Source: a virus. Taken from it: 40,255 nucleotides of DNA. Positions 8,207 to 15,678 of this stretch are shown one piece after another. The stretch covers positions 1 through 40,255 of the IMG/VR virus record IMGVR_UViG_3300017694_000009; one strand, written 5' to 3'. The notes under the pieces were generated by a model that saw only the letters and a program-made list of their open reading frames with translations, made no database searches and was not told where the DNA came from. The position numbers were made by a program, and so were the translations under genes. Within the stretch, counting starts at the first letter, position 1, and the number at the start of each line of letters is the position of its first letter.

Positions 8207-8383
8207 TTAGGATGGGTTGGGGTCAACATCTTTCTTCCGCTCAGCACGAATCTTTTTGATCGACACCCTTGCCCGCTCGTTCGCACAGATCCGGCACTTG
8301 ACGCCCGTGGGGCGGTCGCCGCGAGCCTTGCTATTCCATTCGGAGCGGTCGTGGCCGCAGGGAAACTGGTTTGGCTTGCTCAT
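8207..8383 (-). CDS. Small basic Cys-containing protein (58 aa; CGH...C..C, zinc-finger-like)
   Basis: Hand translation MSKPNQFPCGHDRSEWNSKARGDRPTGVKCRICANERARV.... ATGA overlap with the upstream ORF. Confidence 0.45.
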   Translation of the reverse strand: MSKPNQFPCGHDRSEWNSKARGDRPTGVKCRICANERARVSIKKIRAERKKDVDPNPS

Positions 8384-8544
8384 ACAAACTTACACCTAGT
8401 GGAAAAAACCACCCTAGCGTCCACAATCCCGCCCTCATACCACCATTCTTTCCAGATCATAACCCAGGGAAGCTGGTTTTTGGATTTGAAGCCCAAGCCA
8501 TAACGACAACCATCAACAGGACGCCGCTTCGTATAAAAGTCCAT
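8380..8544 (-). CDS. Hypothetical small protein (54 aa, Trp-rich)
   Basis: ORF-track frame. The ATG at 8544 with SD GGAGAGAGG is preferred because the track GTG at 8574 falls inside the predicted -10 box. AT-richer than its neighbours. Confidence 0.45.
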   Translation of the reverse strand: MDFYTKRRPVDGCRYGLGFKSKNQLPWVMIWKEWWYEGGIVDARVVFSTRCKFV

Positions 8545-8573
8545 TACCTCTCTCCATCTCGTCTGATGCACCA

Positions 8574-8602
8574 CCTCTACCCCCGGTTTGGGTGGGTGTC
8601 AA
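8574..8602 (-). promoter_or_regulatory. Early promoter P2 (TTGACAccc-17 nt-TAGAGG)
   Basis: gGCGTTGACACCC is shared with the sites at 9074 and 11864. -35 at 8602..8597, -10 at 8579..8574. Confidence 0.5.
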
Positions 8603-8787
8603 CGCCTTTCAGCGTATGACAACCATTTTTGTGAGCGGCCAACCTTAATCACCGGCTCGCCGTCATCGCCGCATCCATCCCCAGAACAATCCGGACACTG
8701 ACCCACGCCAGTCTCCAAATACGGATCGTCATATTGGGGATCGTGACGGATCAACATCCCATCGACGCAGCGAAGATCCCCCTTCAT
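8599..8787 (-). CDS. Small Cys-rich protein (62 aa; CPDCSGDGCGDDG)
   Basis: ORF-track frame. The ATG at 8787 overlaps the upstream stop (ATGA). Confidence 0.5.
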   Translation of the reverse strand: MKGDLRCVDGMLIRHDPQYDDPYLETGVGQCPDCSGDGCGDDGEPVIKVGRSQKWLSYAERR

Positions 8788-8999
8788 GCCACCCACTCCA
8801 CATTCCGATGCATGGTCTTAACCACCTTGCCACTCTCAACATCGTGGAGGTAGGAAACAGCGCTATCGTCACCCATCATGATGACCGCCACCATGTTCGC
8901 CCTAGCGAAGGCGCGGGCGGCAGCGTCGAAGCTGCGACGGGGAGCAAGAGCAGCCCATTCGCGGGTCGTCTTAACGAAAGGGGCGGAACGAACGAACAT
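8784..8999 (-). CDS. Hypothetical protein (71 aa)
   Basis: ORF-track frame. ATG at 8999 with SD AGGAGA 6 nt upstream. The track start TTG at 9074 is itself the TTGACA -35 box of P3. Confidence 0.5.
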   Translation of the reverse strand: MFVRSAPFVKTTREWAALAPRRSFDAAARAFARANMVAVIMMGDDSAVSYLHDVESGKVVKTMHRNVEWVA

Positions 9000-9044
9000 C
9001 AGAAGTCTCCTAAAGAGAGGGTGGTTGGTTGCGTCCTGTGCCAC

Positions 9045-9074
9045 CCTTATGGCCCCGTCAGCGTTGGGTGTCAA
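9045..9074 (-). promoter_or_regulatory. Early promoter P3 (TTGACAccc-18 nt-ATAAGG)
   Basis: gGCGTTGACACCC at 9078..9066 on the minus strand. Same family as P2 and the 11864 promoter. Confidence 0.5.
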
Positions 9075-9107
9075 CGCCTATCTCAACTCCATTCACCGCA
9101 AAATAGC

Positions 9108-9218
9108 GTCACCAACTGTCCCTTACGCACGCGAAACGCTCAACCGCCCCGAAATACACCTATGTTAAGAAAAAGAGAGATTGAATTTTCTGTACGTGCG
9201 TAAGGGACATTCGGTGAC
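9108..9218. repeat. 22/24-bp inverted repeat (9108..9131 / 9195..9218; perfect 15-bp core) flanking a 63-nt spacer with an AT-rich half. Candidate origin or operator.
   Basis: The reverse complement of gtcaccaactgtcccttacgcacg equals cgtgcgtaagggacaGtTggtgac, against the observed cgtgcgtaagggacaTtCggtgac. The spacer contains gttaagaaaaagagagattgaattttctgta. Confidence 0.75.
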
Positions 9219-9249
9219 AGTCCCTCCACATTAACACGACGAACCGTGC

Positions 9250-11679
9250 TTAAACGCCGTCCAACGCATCTCGCACGATTTTGCGCGCAGCCTCGCTTTT
9301 GACCCGTTCCTGCGCCGCTCGATCGGCGTAAAGCGTGTGAACCAGCGGATTGACCCCCCACGCCCGTGCATCGGATCGCTTGCTATCCTCCTCCAGCCAG
9401 CCGTGCGCTACCATCTGTTCGAAGATCGCATGACCCTCGAAATTGGTCAGCTTGCGCATCCGCCGCGTACCGCGGCCCAACGTCCGCAACGAAACGCGCT
9501 CCAGATTGTGAGCAAGGATGTACCCCGCCACATCGGTCATGATGTCGTGATCGTCGGAGAGCCCCGCGACGTTGGTATAGAACGCCAGCGCGTGACGCCT
9601 CAGAAACCGGTGCAGGAAGTCCGCAGCACGCTTTGCGGTGGTCACCCCCACTACGGGCCGCAGCGCCTCTCCTGGGGCCTCTGTGGCGCATTCTATGGCA
9701 TGAAAGATCACGCACAGCCGGCCGAACATGCCGTCGTACTTCCCGAAGTGCGATGCGATCTTCCGGTTGACCCCCTCGAAAGCCACCATCATGGCCAGAT
9801 GCCTGGCTTCCAAATCATTGCGAAGGGCCTGCGCCTCGTCATCAAAAGTCAGGCATTGATACCCCAGGAACGTCTCCGGCGGCCTCATCTGGTGTAGCCG
9901 GTCGATCAGCCCATCATATTCGAACGCCACATCGGGCATCTCCACATCCTTGCCCAGCGTCGGGTCTGCCAACATGATGGGTAGGAACCGTTGGATCAGA
10001 CCATCATCAGTAGCCCCCTGCATGATCCGGCGGATGGGATCAGGCTGAACACCGCCAACCATGCTGATAGACAGATTCTCCACGAACGACGCCTTGCGGC
10101 CGATCCTGTCCGCTGCGTAATGGCCGCCATTGTAGGCTTGGAGCCAGAACGCGCGATCTTTGGCGCCACCCTTGCCCCCTGAGTATTTCTCGATCCCGCC
10201 GAACCACCCCGACAACTCATCCTGAAGCGACAGCACACCCTCAGGATTGGCGGCGCACACCTCCGCGGCGCTTTCAGGGGTGATGTCCTCGATCCGCAGT
10301 CTGTGCGGCGTAGGCGGCTCGCCTTCCTTGTCCTCGTTCCAGTCCCGCAGCGCACGTCCGTAGGTGACGATCATCTCCTTATCCAATTGGGCCACCCGGC
10401 GCGTGGCACCGGAGAGGATAGGTGATTTCTTGCGGCTGGGATCGCCTACCAGCATGACCCACAAGCGGGCCGATTCCTTCCAGTCATCGTGGCGCTTCAT
10501 CTTCAGCCTGATGCTGTCCTTGATGACCGCGCCGCATGCGGCAATGGCCGCCATGGCCATGCCGGATGGATCACACCCCACCATATCAGCGCGCACCTTG
10601 GCAAAGCGCGCGATCAACGGCGGCAACATGGCCTCGGGGAAGCCGGGAACGGGCGTACGTGTCCACAGGTCCAGCGGCTCGTTCTCGCGTTCCAGATCAC
10701 GCTTTTCGCGCTCGATCCTGGCGGCGTAATCCCGTAAGCCATCGGTGATCGTGGCCCGTACCGAATCCAGCCCCGATTCCTGATGCTGATCGTTGAAGTC
10801 GGCCTTGGCCCCCGGCACGGCAGGAGAAATGACAGGGCACCCCAACTCGCGACCGATTTCCTCGAAATGGGCAAGCTGATCCTTATCCGGCGCCAGCACG
10901 ATCGGCACGTCGTCCTTATGCAACTGCCGAGCCACGGCCTCCATATTTCCGGCGGAAAAGGTGACGCAGACACGATCTGCGCGTGCCTGGTAGATGCTGC
11001 ACCCGGTAGCGAAACCTTCGCAGACGATCGTAGCACCGCCGAACGACATGCCGATATATTTGCGAGCCAGCTTGGATGGTGCGCCGGCATGGAATTTCTT
11101 GTCGCCGCCGGGGCTGATAGCCTGCACCGACTGCAATTCGCCGTCTGGCCCGTCCATGTCGATCAACAGCGTGCTGCCGTCCGCCTCAACGCGCGCCAAT
11201 AGCAATTCTTCAACAAGATCCGTGATGCCCTTTGCCGCCAGATAGGGGTGGGCGCCCATAAACGGTGCGGCGGCATCCCATCGCCTTTGCGCGGCGCGCG
11301 ATCCCTGTTCCTTGCGGCGGGCTTCTTCCATCTCGCGATCCTCCCGCAGCCGTTCACGTTCACCGCGCGCGGCCTCGCCAAGCACCGCTACCTTTCCGCC
11401 TGTGATTTCCTCGATCGCCTCTGCCACCGAGCAGCCCTTCAGCAGACGCACGAAATCCACCACGTCGCCAGCCTTTCCGCAGCCGTGACACTTAAACTTC
11501 TCCTTCTGCGGATTGACCAGAAAGGACGGCGATTTCTCGTCATGGAATGGGCACAGACCCACCCACTCCTGCCCCGCCTTCTTCATCCTGGCATGGCGGC
11601 GCACTTCCTCCAGAAGAGGGTAATTCGCCTTGACCGCCTCGAAATCGTGGTGGCGGTTGCCCCCTGCCGCGGTCATCAT
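9250..11679 (-). CDS. DNA primase (zf-CHC2 + TOPRIM) fused to a DUF3987-type helicase/NTPase domain
   Basis: 809 aa. Zinc finger CPFHDEKSPSF...CHGCGKAGD. TOPRIM-like IVCEGFATG...VLAPDKD. C-terminal GDPSRKKS with a DUF3987-like layout. Confidence 0.8.
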   Translation of the reverse strand: MMTAAGGNRHHDFEAVKANYPLLEEVRRHARMKKAGQEWVGLCPFHDEKSPSFLVNPQKEKFKCHGCGKAGDVVDFVRLLKGCSVAEAIEEITGGKVAVLGEAARGERERLREDREMEEARRKEQGSRAAQRRWDAAAPFMGAHPYLAAKGITDLVEELLLARVEADGSTLLIDMDGPDGELQSVQAISPGGDKKFHAGAPSKLARKYIGMSFGGATIVCEGFATGCSIYQARADRVCVTFSAGNMEAVARQLHKDDVPIVLAPDKDQLAHFEEIGRELGCPVISPAVPGAKADFNDQHQESGLDSVRATITDGLRDYAARIEREKRDLERENEPLDLWTRTPVPGFPEAMLPPLIARFAKVRADMVGCDPSGMAMAAIAACGAVIKDSIRLKMKRHDDWKESARLWVMLVGDPSRKKSPILSGATRRVAQLDKEMIVTYGRALRDWNEDKEGEPPTPHRLRIEDITPESAAEVCAANPEGVLSLQDELSGWFGGIEKYSGGKGGAKDRAFWLQAYNGGHYAADRIGRKASFVENLSISMVGGVQPDPIRRIMQGATDDGLIQRFLPIMLADPTLGKDVEMPDVAFEYDGLIDRLHQMRPPETFLGYQCLTFDDEAQALRNDLEARHLAMMVAFEGVNRKIASHFGKYDGMFGRLCVIFHAIECATEAPGEALRPVVGVTTAKRAADFLHRFLRRHALAFYTNVAGLSDDHDIMTDVAGYILAHNLERVSLRTLGRGTRRMRKLTNFEGHAIFEQMVAHGWLEEDSKRSDARAWGVNPLVHTLYADRAAQERVKSEAARKIVRDALDGV

Positions 11680-11837
11680 GCGTCACGCTTGGCAAGGATA
11701 TCCCTGATCTGGTATTGGCGCAGTTCCGGCACCTTTTCCTGCGGCCAACGGTGTACGGCCTGCGTGCTAAGTCCCAGAGCCTCGGCCAGCTTGCGCATGC
11801 TCCCCCCGAAATGGGCCAGCGCTTCCTTCTTGGTCAT
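11676..11837 (-). CDS. Cro/YdaS-like HTH transcriptional regulator (53 aa)
   Basis: Hand translation MTKKEALAHFGGSMRKLAEALGLSTQAVHRWPQEKVPELRQYQIRDILAKRDA. SD GGAG upstream. ATGA overlap with the primase start. First gene of the minus arm. Confidence 0.65.
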   Translation of the reverse strand: MTKKEALAHFGGSMRKLAEALGLSTQAVHRWPQEKVPELRQYQIRDILAKRDA

Positions 11838-11863
11838 TCTTCAACTCCGATTAAAAATACGCA

Positions 11864-11897
11864 TTGACACCCTACCCCCAAGCGCCCTAGGTTGCAA
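11864..11897. promoter_or_regulatory. Dyad-symmetric, face-to-face divergent early promoters
   Basis: Plus strand: TTGACA 11864..11869, 18 nt, TAGGTT 11888..11893. Minus strand: TTGCAA 11897..11892, 17 nt, TAGGGT 11874..11869. Each -35 overlaps the -10 of the other. Confidence 0.55.
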
Positions 11898-11926
11898 GCG
11901 TAGGAAGAGAGAGAAGGGAAGAGATA

Positions 11927-12121
11927 GTGAGACAACAACAATGGCATACCGCACCGTCACCAGAAGGCATTCCTCTCGACACCAAGATCGATGATAATGA
12001 TGGTTGCCGTAACGAGCAGCGCCTTATGCGACGTGGGAACTTGTGGTGGACCACGGATGGCGCGATGTACGTCTATTACCGCCCTACACACTGGCGTCAT
12101 CCCGAAGCGGGAGACAAGTGA
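11927..12121 (+). CDS. DUF551-like small protein (64 aa)
   Basis: GTG start with a purine-rich SD. C-terminal WWTTDGAMYVYYRPTHW pattern. First gene of the plus arm. Confidence 0.5.
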   Translation: MRQQQWHTAPSPEGIPLDTKIDDNDGCRNEQRLMRRGNLWWTTDGAMYVYYRPTHWRHPEAGDK

Positions 12122-12393
12122 TGGCTGGACACACGCCGGGAAAGTGGGAGTGGCATAAAATCTGGAACCATCCGTCCGGAGAAATTGTGGCGGATGGGCT
12201 GAAGGCGAACGGTGTTCATGTAATGAATGCCACGGAACACGTCATCTTCCACAACATGGCCAACGCCCACCTCATCGCAGCAGCCCCCGAACTGCTGGAG
12301 GCGTTGGAAGCTGCTGTAGCGAGCAGCCCCATTGAAGATGAAGCGCTCGATATGGCTATCAATGCCATCCGCAAAGCCCGAGGTGAGGTATGA
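12121..12393 (+). CDS. Hypothetical conserved phage protein (90 aa; HTPGKWEW...AAPELLEALE motif)
   Basis: The ATG at 12121 overlaps the upstream TGA by 1 nt. The track start at 12043 would overlap the preceding gene. Confidence 0.55.
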   Translation: MAGHTPGKWEWHKIWNHPSGEIVADGLKANGVHVMNATEHVIFHNMANAHLIAAAPELLEALEAAVASSPIEDEALDMAINAIRKARGEV

Positions 12394-12620
12394 GCGAGAA
12401 TCCCAGCGTCTTTCCGAAGCCGTCAACGTTCAGTTTAGATGGCGGCATGACCCTGCGCGACTGGTTTGCAGGGCAGGCAGTTTCTCTATGCTGGAAACAA
12501 GCCAACGCCTTAGCGGATTCTGGTGGCATTAAACCAGATTACGCTCTTAAGCTTTGCGCTGGCATGGCATATACCATTGCCGACGCCATGCTGGCAGAGC
12601 GCGCCAAGATGCAGCCATGA
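12390..12620 (+). CDS. Hypothetical phage protein (76 aa; MTLRDWFAGQA...AYTIADAMLAER)
   Basis: ORF track. ATGA coupling at both ends. Confidence 0.6.
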   Translation: MSENPSVFPKPSTFSLDGGMTLRDWFAGQAVSLCWKQANALADSGGIKPDYALKLCAGMAYTIADAMLAERAKMQP

Positions 12621-12838
12621 CCGCCCTCGATATCAAGCCCCGCGTGCGTGTCGACGCGCATGGGTGGATCAAGTGGGAGGGGGGTGAGTGTCCTGTGCCG
12701 AACGGTACCAAAGGAGAAGTGCGATTTGGCAACGGTACTGAAGCGGATGGTTGGATTGGCTCTCTACATTGGCAGAGGGATATTCCTTCTGAAGTTTGCA
12801 TCATCGCCTACCGCATCATCCGGGATCCTCGGTCATGA
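12617..12838 (+). CDS. Hypothetical protein (73 aa)
   Basis: ATG at 12617 overlaps the upstream stop (ATGA). Same frame as track ORF 12554..12838. Confidence 0.5.
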   Translation: MTALDIKPRVRVDAHGWIKWEGGECPVPNGTKGEVRFGNGTEADGWIGSLHWQRDIPSEVCIIAYRIIRDPRS

Positions 12839-12999
12839 GGGCCGCCATCACAATCCTGATAACTCTGATAGTTATCATCGCATCCATCGTTGTAGAAAAA
12901 CTGATCGGATGGGACGCAAAAGTCTTGTGCGGATGGACATGCGCAATGGTTTGTGCGCGCCGCCACCCAGATTTATTTTCAGTTAGAAAGGACGCATAA
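12835..12999 (+). CDS. Small membrane protein (54 aa, one TM)
   Basis: ATGA overlap at 12835. Hydrophobic AAITILITLIVIIASIVV. Confidence 0.45.
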   Translation: MRAAITILITLIVIIASIVVEKLIGWDAKVLCGWTCAMVCARRHPDLFSVRKDA

Positions 13000-13844
13000 T
13001 GCCCCTAGCCACAAAGCGCGCCTCACCCAGCAAGGCCATCGTCGGCACCATCAGCGGCCCGCCGAACACCGGCAAGACCAGCTTGGCCAGCACCTTCCTC
13101 AAGCCGTATCTCCTGCGAACGGAGGGCGAGGAAGTCCCCAGCGACATGCCTGATGCACGGCGCCCCATATCCCCCGACATTATCGACAATGAGGACGTAT
13201 TCTGGGCACAGATGAATGATCTGCGGAAAGAGGATCACGACTTCAAGACGCTGATTATCGACAGCATCGGCGGGTTAGATGAGATCTTCGCGCGATCTGT
13301 GATCGGGGACGCGGGGAGCCTCGCCAAAGCCGCTGGTGGCTACGGCGCCGGCTACGAAGCGGTTGCCGCCAAGCATGGCCTGGTACGGAAGGCTGCGGAT
13401 GTTCTGCGGCGGGAGCGCGGCATGTCCACGATCTTCATCGGCCATTCCGACATCATCCGTATCGAGCCGCCGGATGCCGATCCTTACACGTCCTACAGCC
13501 TTCGCCTGCACAAGAAGTCCCTGCGCCACTACGTCGATAGCGTGGATCTGGTGGGCTTCATCAAGCAGGAAGTGCTGGTGAAGGATGCCGTCAAGGGCAA
13601 GGGTGACCAGAGGTCGCAGCCTGGCAAGGCGATCACGACGGGTGATCGGGTTCTTGTGACCTATCTGACGCCGGCCAATGTCAGCAAGAACAGGATGGGA
13701 ATCGCTGAAGACCTCCCATTCGGCTTCGGCGAAAACCCCATCTACCGTTTCTTGCGCGAGAAGGCCGCAGCGGAAAAGAAGGCGGCCGCCAAGGTCGTGA
13801 TGGAAGATGAGGGTGAGGCTGGTGAGCCGGAGGGAGAAGAGTGA
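12999..13844 (+). CDS. Sak4-like / AAA_24 RecA-fold ATPase (single-strand annealing recombinase type)
   Basis: Walker A GPPNTGKT, Walker B TLIIDSIG. Sits next to a DUF669-type SSB, as is usual for Sak4. Confidence 0.7.
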   Translation: MPLATKRASPSKAIVGTISGPPNTGKTSLASTFLKPYLLRTEGEEVPSDMPDARRPISPDIIDNEDVFWAQMNDLRKEDHDFKTLIIDSIGGLDEIFARSVIGDAGSLAKAAGGYGAGYEAVAAKHGLVRKAADVLRRERGMSTIFIGHSDIIRIEPPDADPYTSYSLRLHKKSLRHYVDSVDLVGFIKQEVLVKDAVKGKGDQRSQPGKAITTGDRVLVTYLTPANVSKNRMGIAEDLPFGFGENPIYRFLREKAAAEKKAAAKVVMEDEGEAGEPEGEE

Positions 13845-13958
13845 TGCTGCTAGCTATTTGCATCATAATGTCCTGCTTTCATGTCGCAGTAGGCAATTCT
13901 ACAGCTAGCGCGATTTTTTTTGTAGCTGGTTTGTATTTTGGTTTTGAGGAGAAGAGCA

Positions 13959-14522
13959 ATGGCTAGTTTTTGGTCCAAGGAAGACGGCACCGCGATCGAG
14001 CCCGAGAAGGAGTTCAGCGCAGGCGGTGGCGACTTCGATGTTATTCCGAAGGGCACTAGCGTCCTTGTGGCGGTAGAGGATGCCGCGTGGAAGACAGGTT
14101 ACGAAATCACGCAGGAGTTCGTGAACCTCAAATGCCGCGTGCTGAAGCCGGAGGGCTATGCCAACCGCGTGCTGTTTTTCAAGCTGTGGGCGGACGAATT
14201 GGACCCCGGCCAAAAGGACCAGGCTAAGGCCAAGATCAAGCGCGAGAAGCATCAGCGCATGCTGCTTGCGATCGACGCCAATGCCAAGGGCAAGCTGGCC
14301 AAGCTGACGGCGCGGCCCACCGATCCGCAGTTGGGCACAGCGCTGATCGGGGCGCAGTTCGTGGCAAACCTTGGTGTTTGGGAACAGGGCGAGAAGAAGG
14401 GCAACTGGCTCCAAGCCGCCAAGCCCAAGGCATCCGAAATCTCCGCCGGTCCTGCACCCAAGCGTGCCGCGGCACCGATGTTTGAGGATGATGATTTGGG
14501 CGACGACGTGCCTTTTAATTAA
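13959..14522 (+). CDS. Phage SSB-like protein (DUF669 type) with acidic C-terminal tip
   Basis: ATG at 13959 with SD GAGGAG. C-terminus FEDDDLGDDVPF resembles the SSB interaction tail. Partner position next to Sak4. Confidence 0.6.
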   Translation: MASFWSKEDGTAIEPEKEFSAGGGDFDVIPKGTSVLVAVEDAAWKTGYEITQEFVNLKCRVLKPEGYANRVLFFKLWADELDPGQKDQAKAKIKREKHQRMLLAIDANAKGKLAKLTARPTDPQLGTALIGAQFVANLGVWEQGEKKGNWLQAAKPKASEISAGPAPKRAAAPMFEDDDLGDDVPFN

Positions 14523-14570
14523 GTCCGTACAGCCACGACAGGATGAAAATCTGTTGTGCGGACTTGCGAG

Positions 14571-14609
14571 CCTCCGTTAGAAGCGATACCGTATCAATTC
14601 TAACGGAGG
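14571..14609 (+). promoter_or_regulatory. 12-bp perfect hairpin sequestering the SD of the HNH gene
   Basis: cctccgttagaa (14571..14582) is the reverse complement of ttctaacggagg (14598..14609), with a 15-nt loop. GGAGG at 14605..14609 lies 4 nt before the ATG at 14614. It is preceded by a second hairpin, 14534..14541 / 14551..14558. Confidence 0.75.
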
Positions 14610-14613
14610 TCTT

Positions 14614-15051
14614 ATGGACGAAGAAATCTGGATGCCGGTGCCATCCTACCCAGGACTTGTTGCGTCCTCTTGGGGAAGAGTGAAACTTCCAGATGGGGAA
14701 GCACGCCTTCCTTATGGCGGATTCAGAAAATACAATCCAAAACCGACTTATGGTGTTAAAAGAAAGGCCTCAAAGAATGCTCGTCATGAGTATTACGGTC
14801 TTTTTAACAAAAAATACGGCAATCTAAAAATACATAGAGCCGTGTGCGAAGCCTTTCATGGACCAGCGCCAGAAGGCAAAAAGTACGTCCTTCACGCAGA
14901 TGAAAATGCTCTAAATAATAGGCCTGAAAACCTATCTTGGGGAACGCAGAAGGAAAACCTAAATGCGCCGAGATTTATAGAATATTGCAAAACAAGGATC
15001 GGTGAAAACAATCCTCACGTCAAAGGTAAAAAGTTAAAAAACGCAACATAA
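14614..15051 (+). CDS. HNH homing endonuclease (NUMOD4 + HNH_3 type)
   Basis: EEIWMPVPSYPGL.ASSWGRV and HRAVCEAFHG...HADENALNNRPENLSWGTQKEN. Visibly AT-richer than the flanks. Confidence 0.8.
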   Translation: MDEEIWMPVPSYPGLVASSWGRVKLPDGEARLPYGGFRKYNPKPTYGVKRKASKNARHEYYGLFNKKYGNLKIHRAVCEAFHGPAPEGKKYVLHADENALNNRPENLSWGTQKENLNAPRFIEYCKTRIGENNPHVKGKKLKNAT

Positions 15052-15067
15052 TCCACTCCTTACCGGA

Positions 15068-15087
15068 CCCCGCCTGTCATGGCGGGG
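15068..15087 (+). terminator. GC-rich stem-loop after the HNH gene (ccccgcc-tgtcat-ggcgggg), with no U-tract
   Basis: Read directly. 7-bp stem. Confidence 0.35.
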
Positions 15088-15111
15088 CGAGGATAAAGAG
15101 CGGAGGAACAA

Positions 15112-15249
15112 ATGAACACGATGTTATTCATAGCATGTTTGATGCTATCTATTATTGGCTTGATAGCTGACAAACCGGACAATAACTACGCATTAGTATC
15201 TGCTTTATATATGATTGGAGCAATACTATCATGGAACATGAAGAAATGA
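15112..15249 (+). CDS. Small membrane protein (45 aa, two hydrophobic segments), AT-rich
   Basis: Hand translation MNTMLFIACLMLSIIGLIADKPDNNYALVSALYMIGAILSWNMKK. SD GGAGGA. ATGA overlap with the next gene. Confidence 0.45.
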   Translation: MNTMLFIACLMLSIIGLIADKPDNNYALVSALYMIGAILSWNMKK

Positions 15250-15518
15250 CCAAGCGCGATGACCTTCTGGCGCTGGCGGAGCGGGTGCTGGCCTCGGGCG
15301 GAACCTGCAACGCGCTGGACGTGGAAGTCGAGGTCGCGCTGTTCGAGCCGGACGCAGCTTATGCCGCCATCCGCACGAATGACGCCGGCACGAAGACGAT
15401 CTGCACCCGCGCCGATGGTAGCGAGCGGACATTCTGGGCTCGCGATTACACGATGAGCGCAGGCAACCGCCGGGAGGCTGCCGCCGCCCTGCGCGCCCGC
15501 GCGGCGATGGAGGAATAA
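15246..15518 (+). CDS. Hypothetical protein (90 aa)
   Basis: ATG at 15246 (ATGA coupling). Same frame as track ORF 15231..15518. Confidence 0.55.
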   Translation: MTKRDDLLALAERVLASGGTCNALDVEVEVALFEPDAAYAAIRTNDAGTKTICTRADGSERTFWARDYTMSAGNRREAAAALRARAAMEE

Positions 15519-15522
15519 GAAA

Positions 15523-15678
15523 ATGTATATTAATATCATTAGTCTTTTCCTGCTTATCTGGTTTGGCTTCATTTTGGCAATGATGGCAATCCGGGGGCAA
15601 AAAGCCCACTGGCTGAATATTGCCATCCCATCGGCTGCGGCCACTGCTTTCGCTTGGTCACAAGGTTGGCTTGTATGA
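15523..15678 (+). CDS. Small membrane protein (51 aa)
   Basis: Hand translation MYINIISLFLLIWFGFILAMMAIRGQKAHWLNIAIPSAAATAFAWSQGWLV. ATGA overlap with the exonuclease start. Confidence 0.4.
   Translation: MYINIISLFLLIWFGFILAMMAIRGQKAHWLNIAIPSAAATAFAWSQGWLV

Noticed and set aside
8784-9074. The track start codons TTG at 9074 and GTG at 8574 for the two small early genes.
   Set aside because: The TTG is the first three bases of a conserved TTGACACCC -35 box, and the GTG lies in the matching -10 box. Downstream ATGs at 8999 and 8544 have good SDs.
13845-13958. An AT-rich intergenic region with a T8 run (13914..13921), considered as a terminator or promoter between the Sak4 and SSB genes.
   Set aside because: I could not find a convincing stem directly before the T-run (only gctagct/agctagc arms about 45 nt apart), nor -35/-10 hexamers at proper spacing. 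It is noted as probably regulatory, but no specific feature is claimed.
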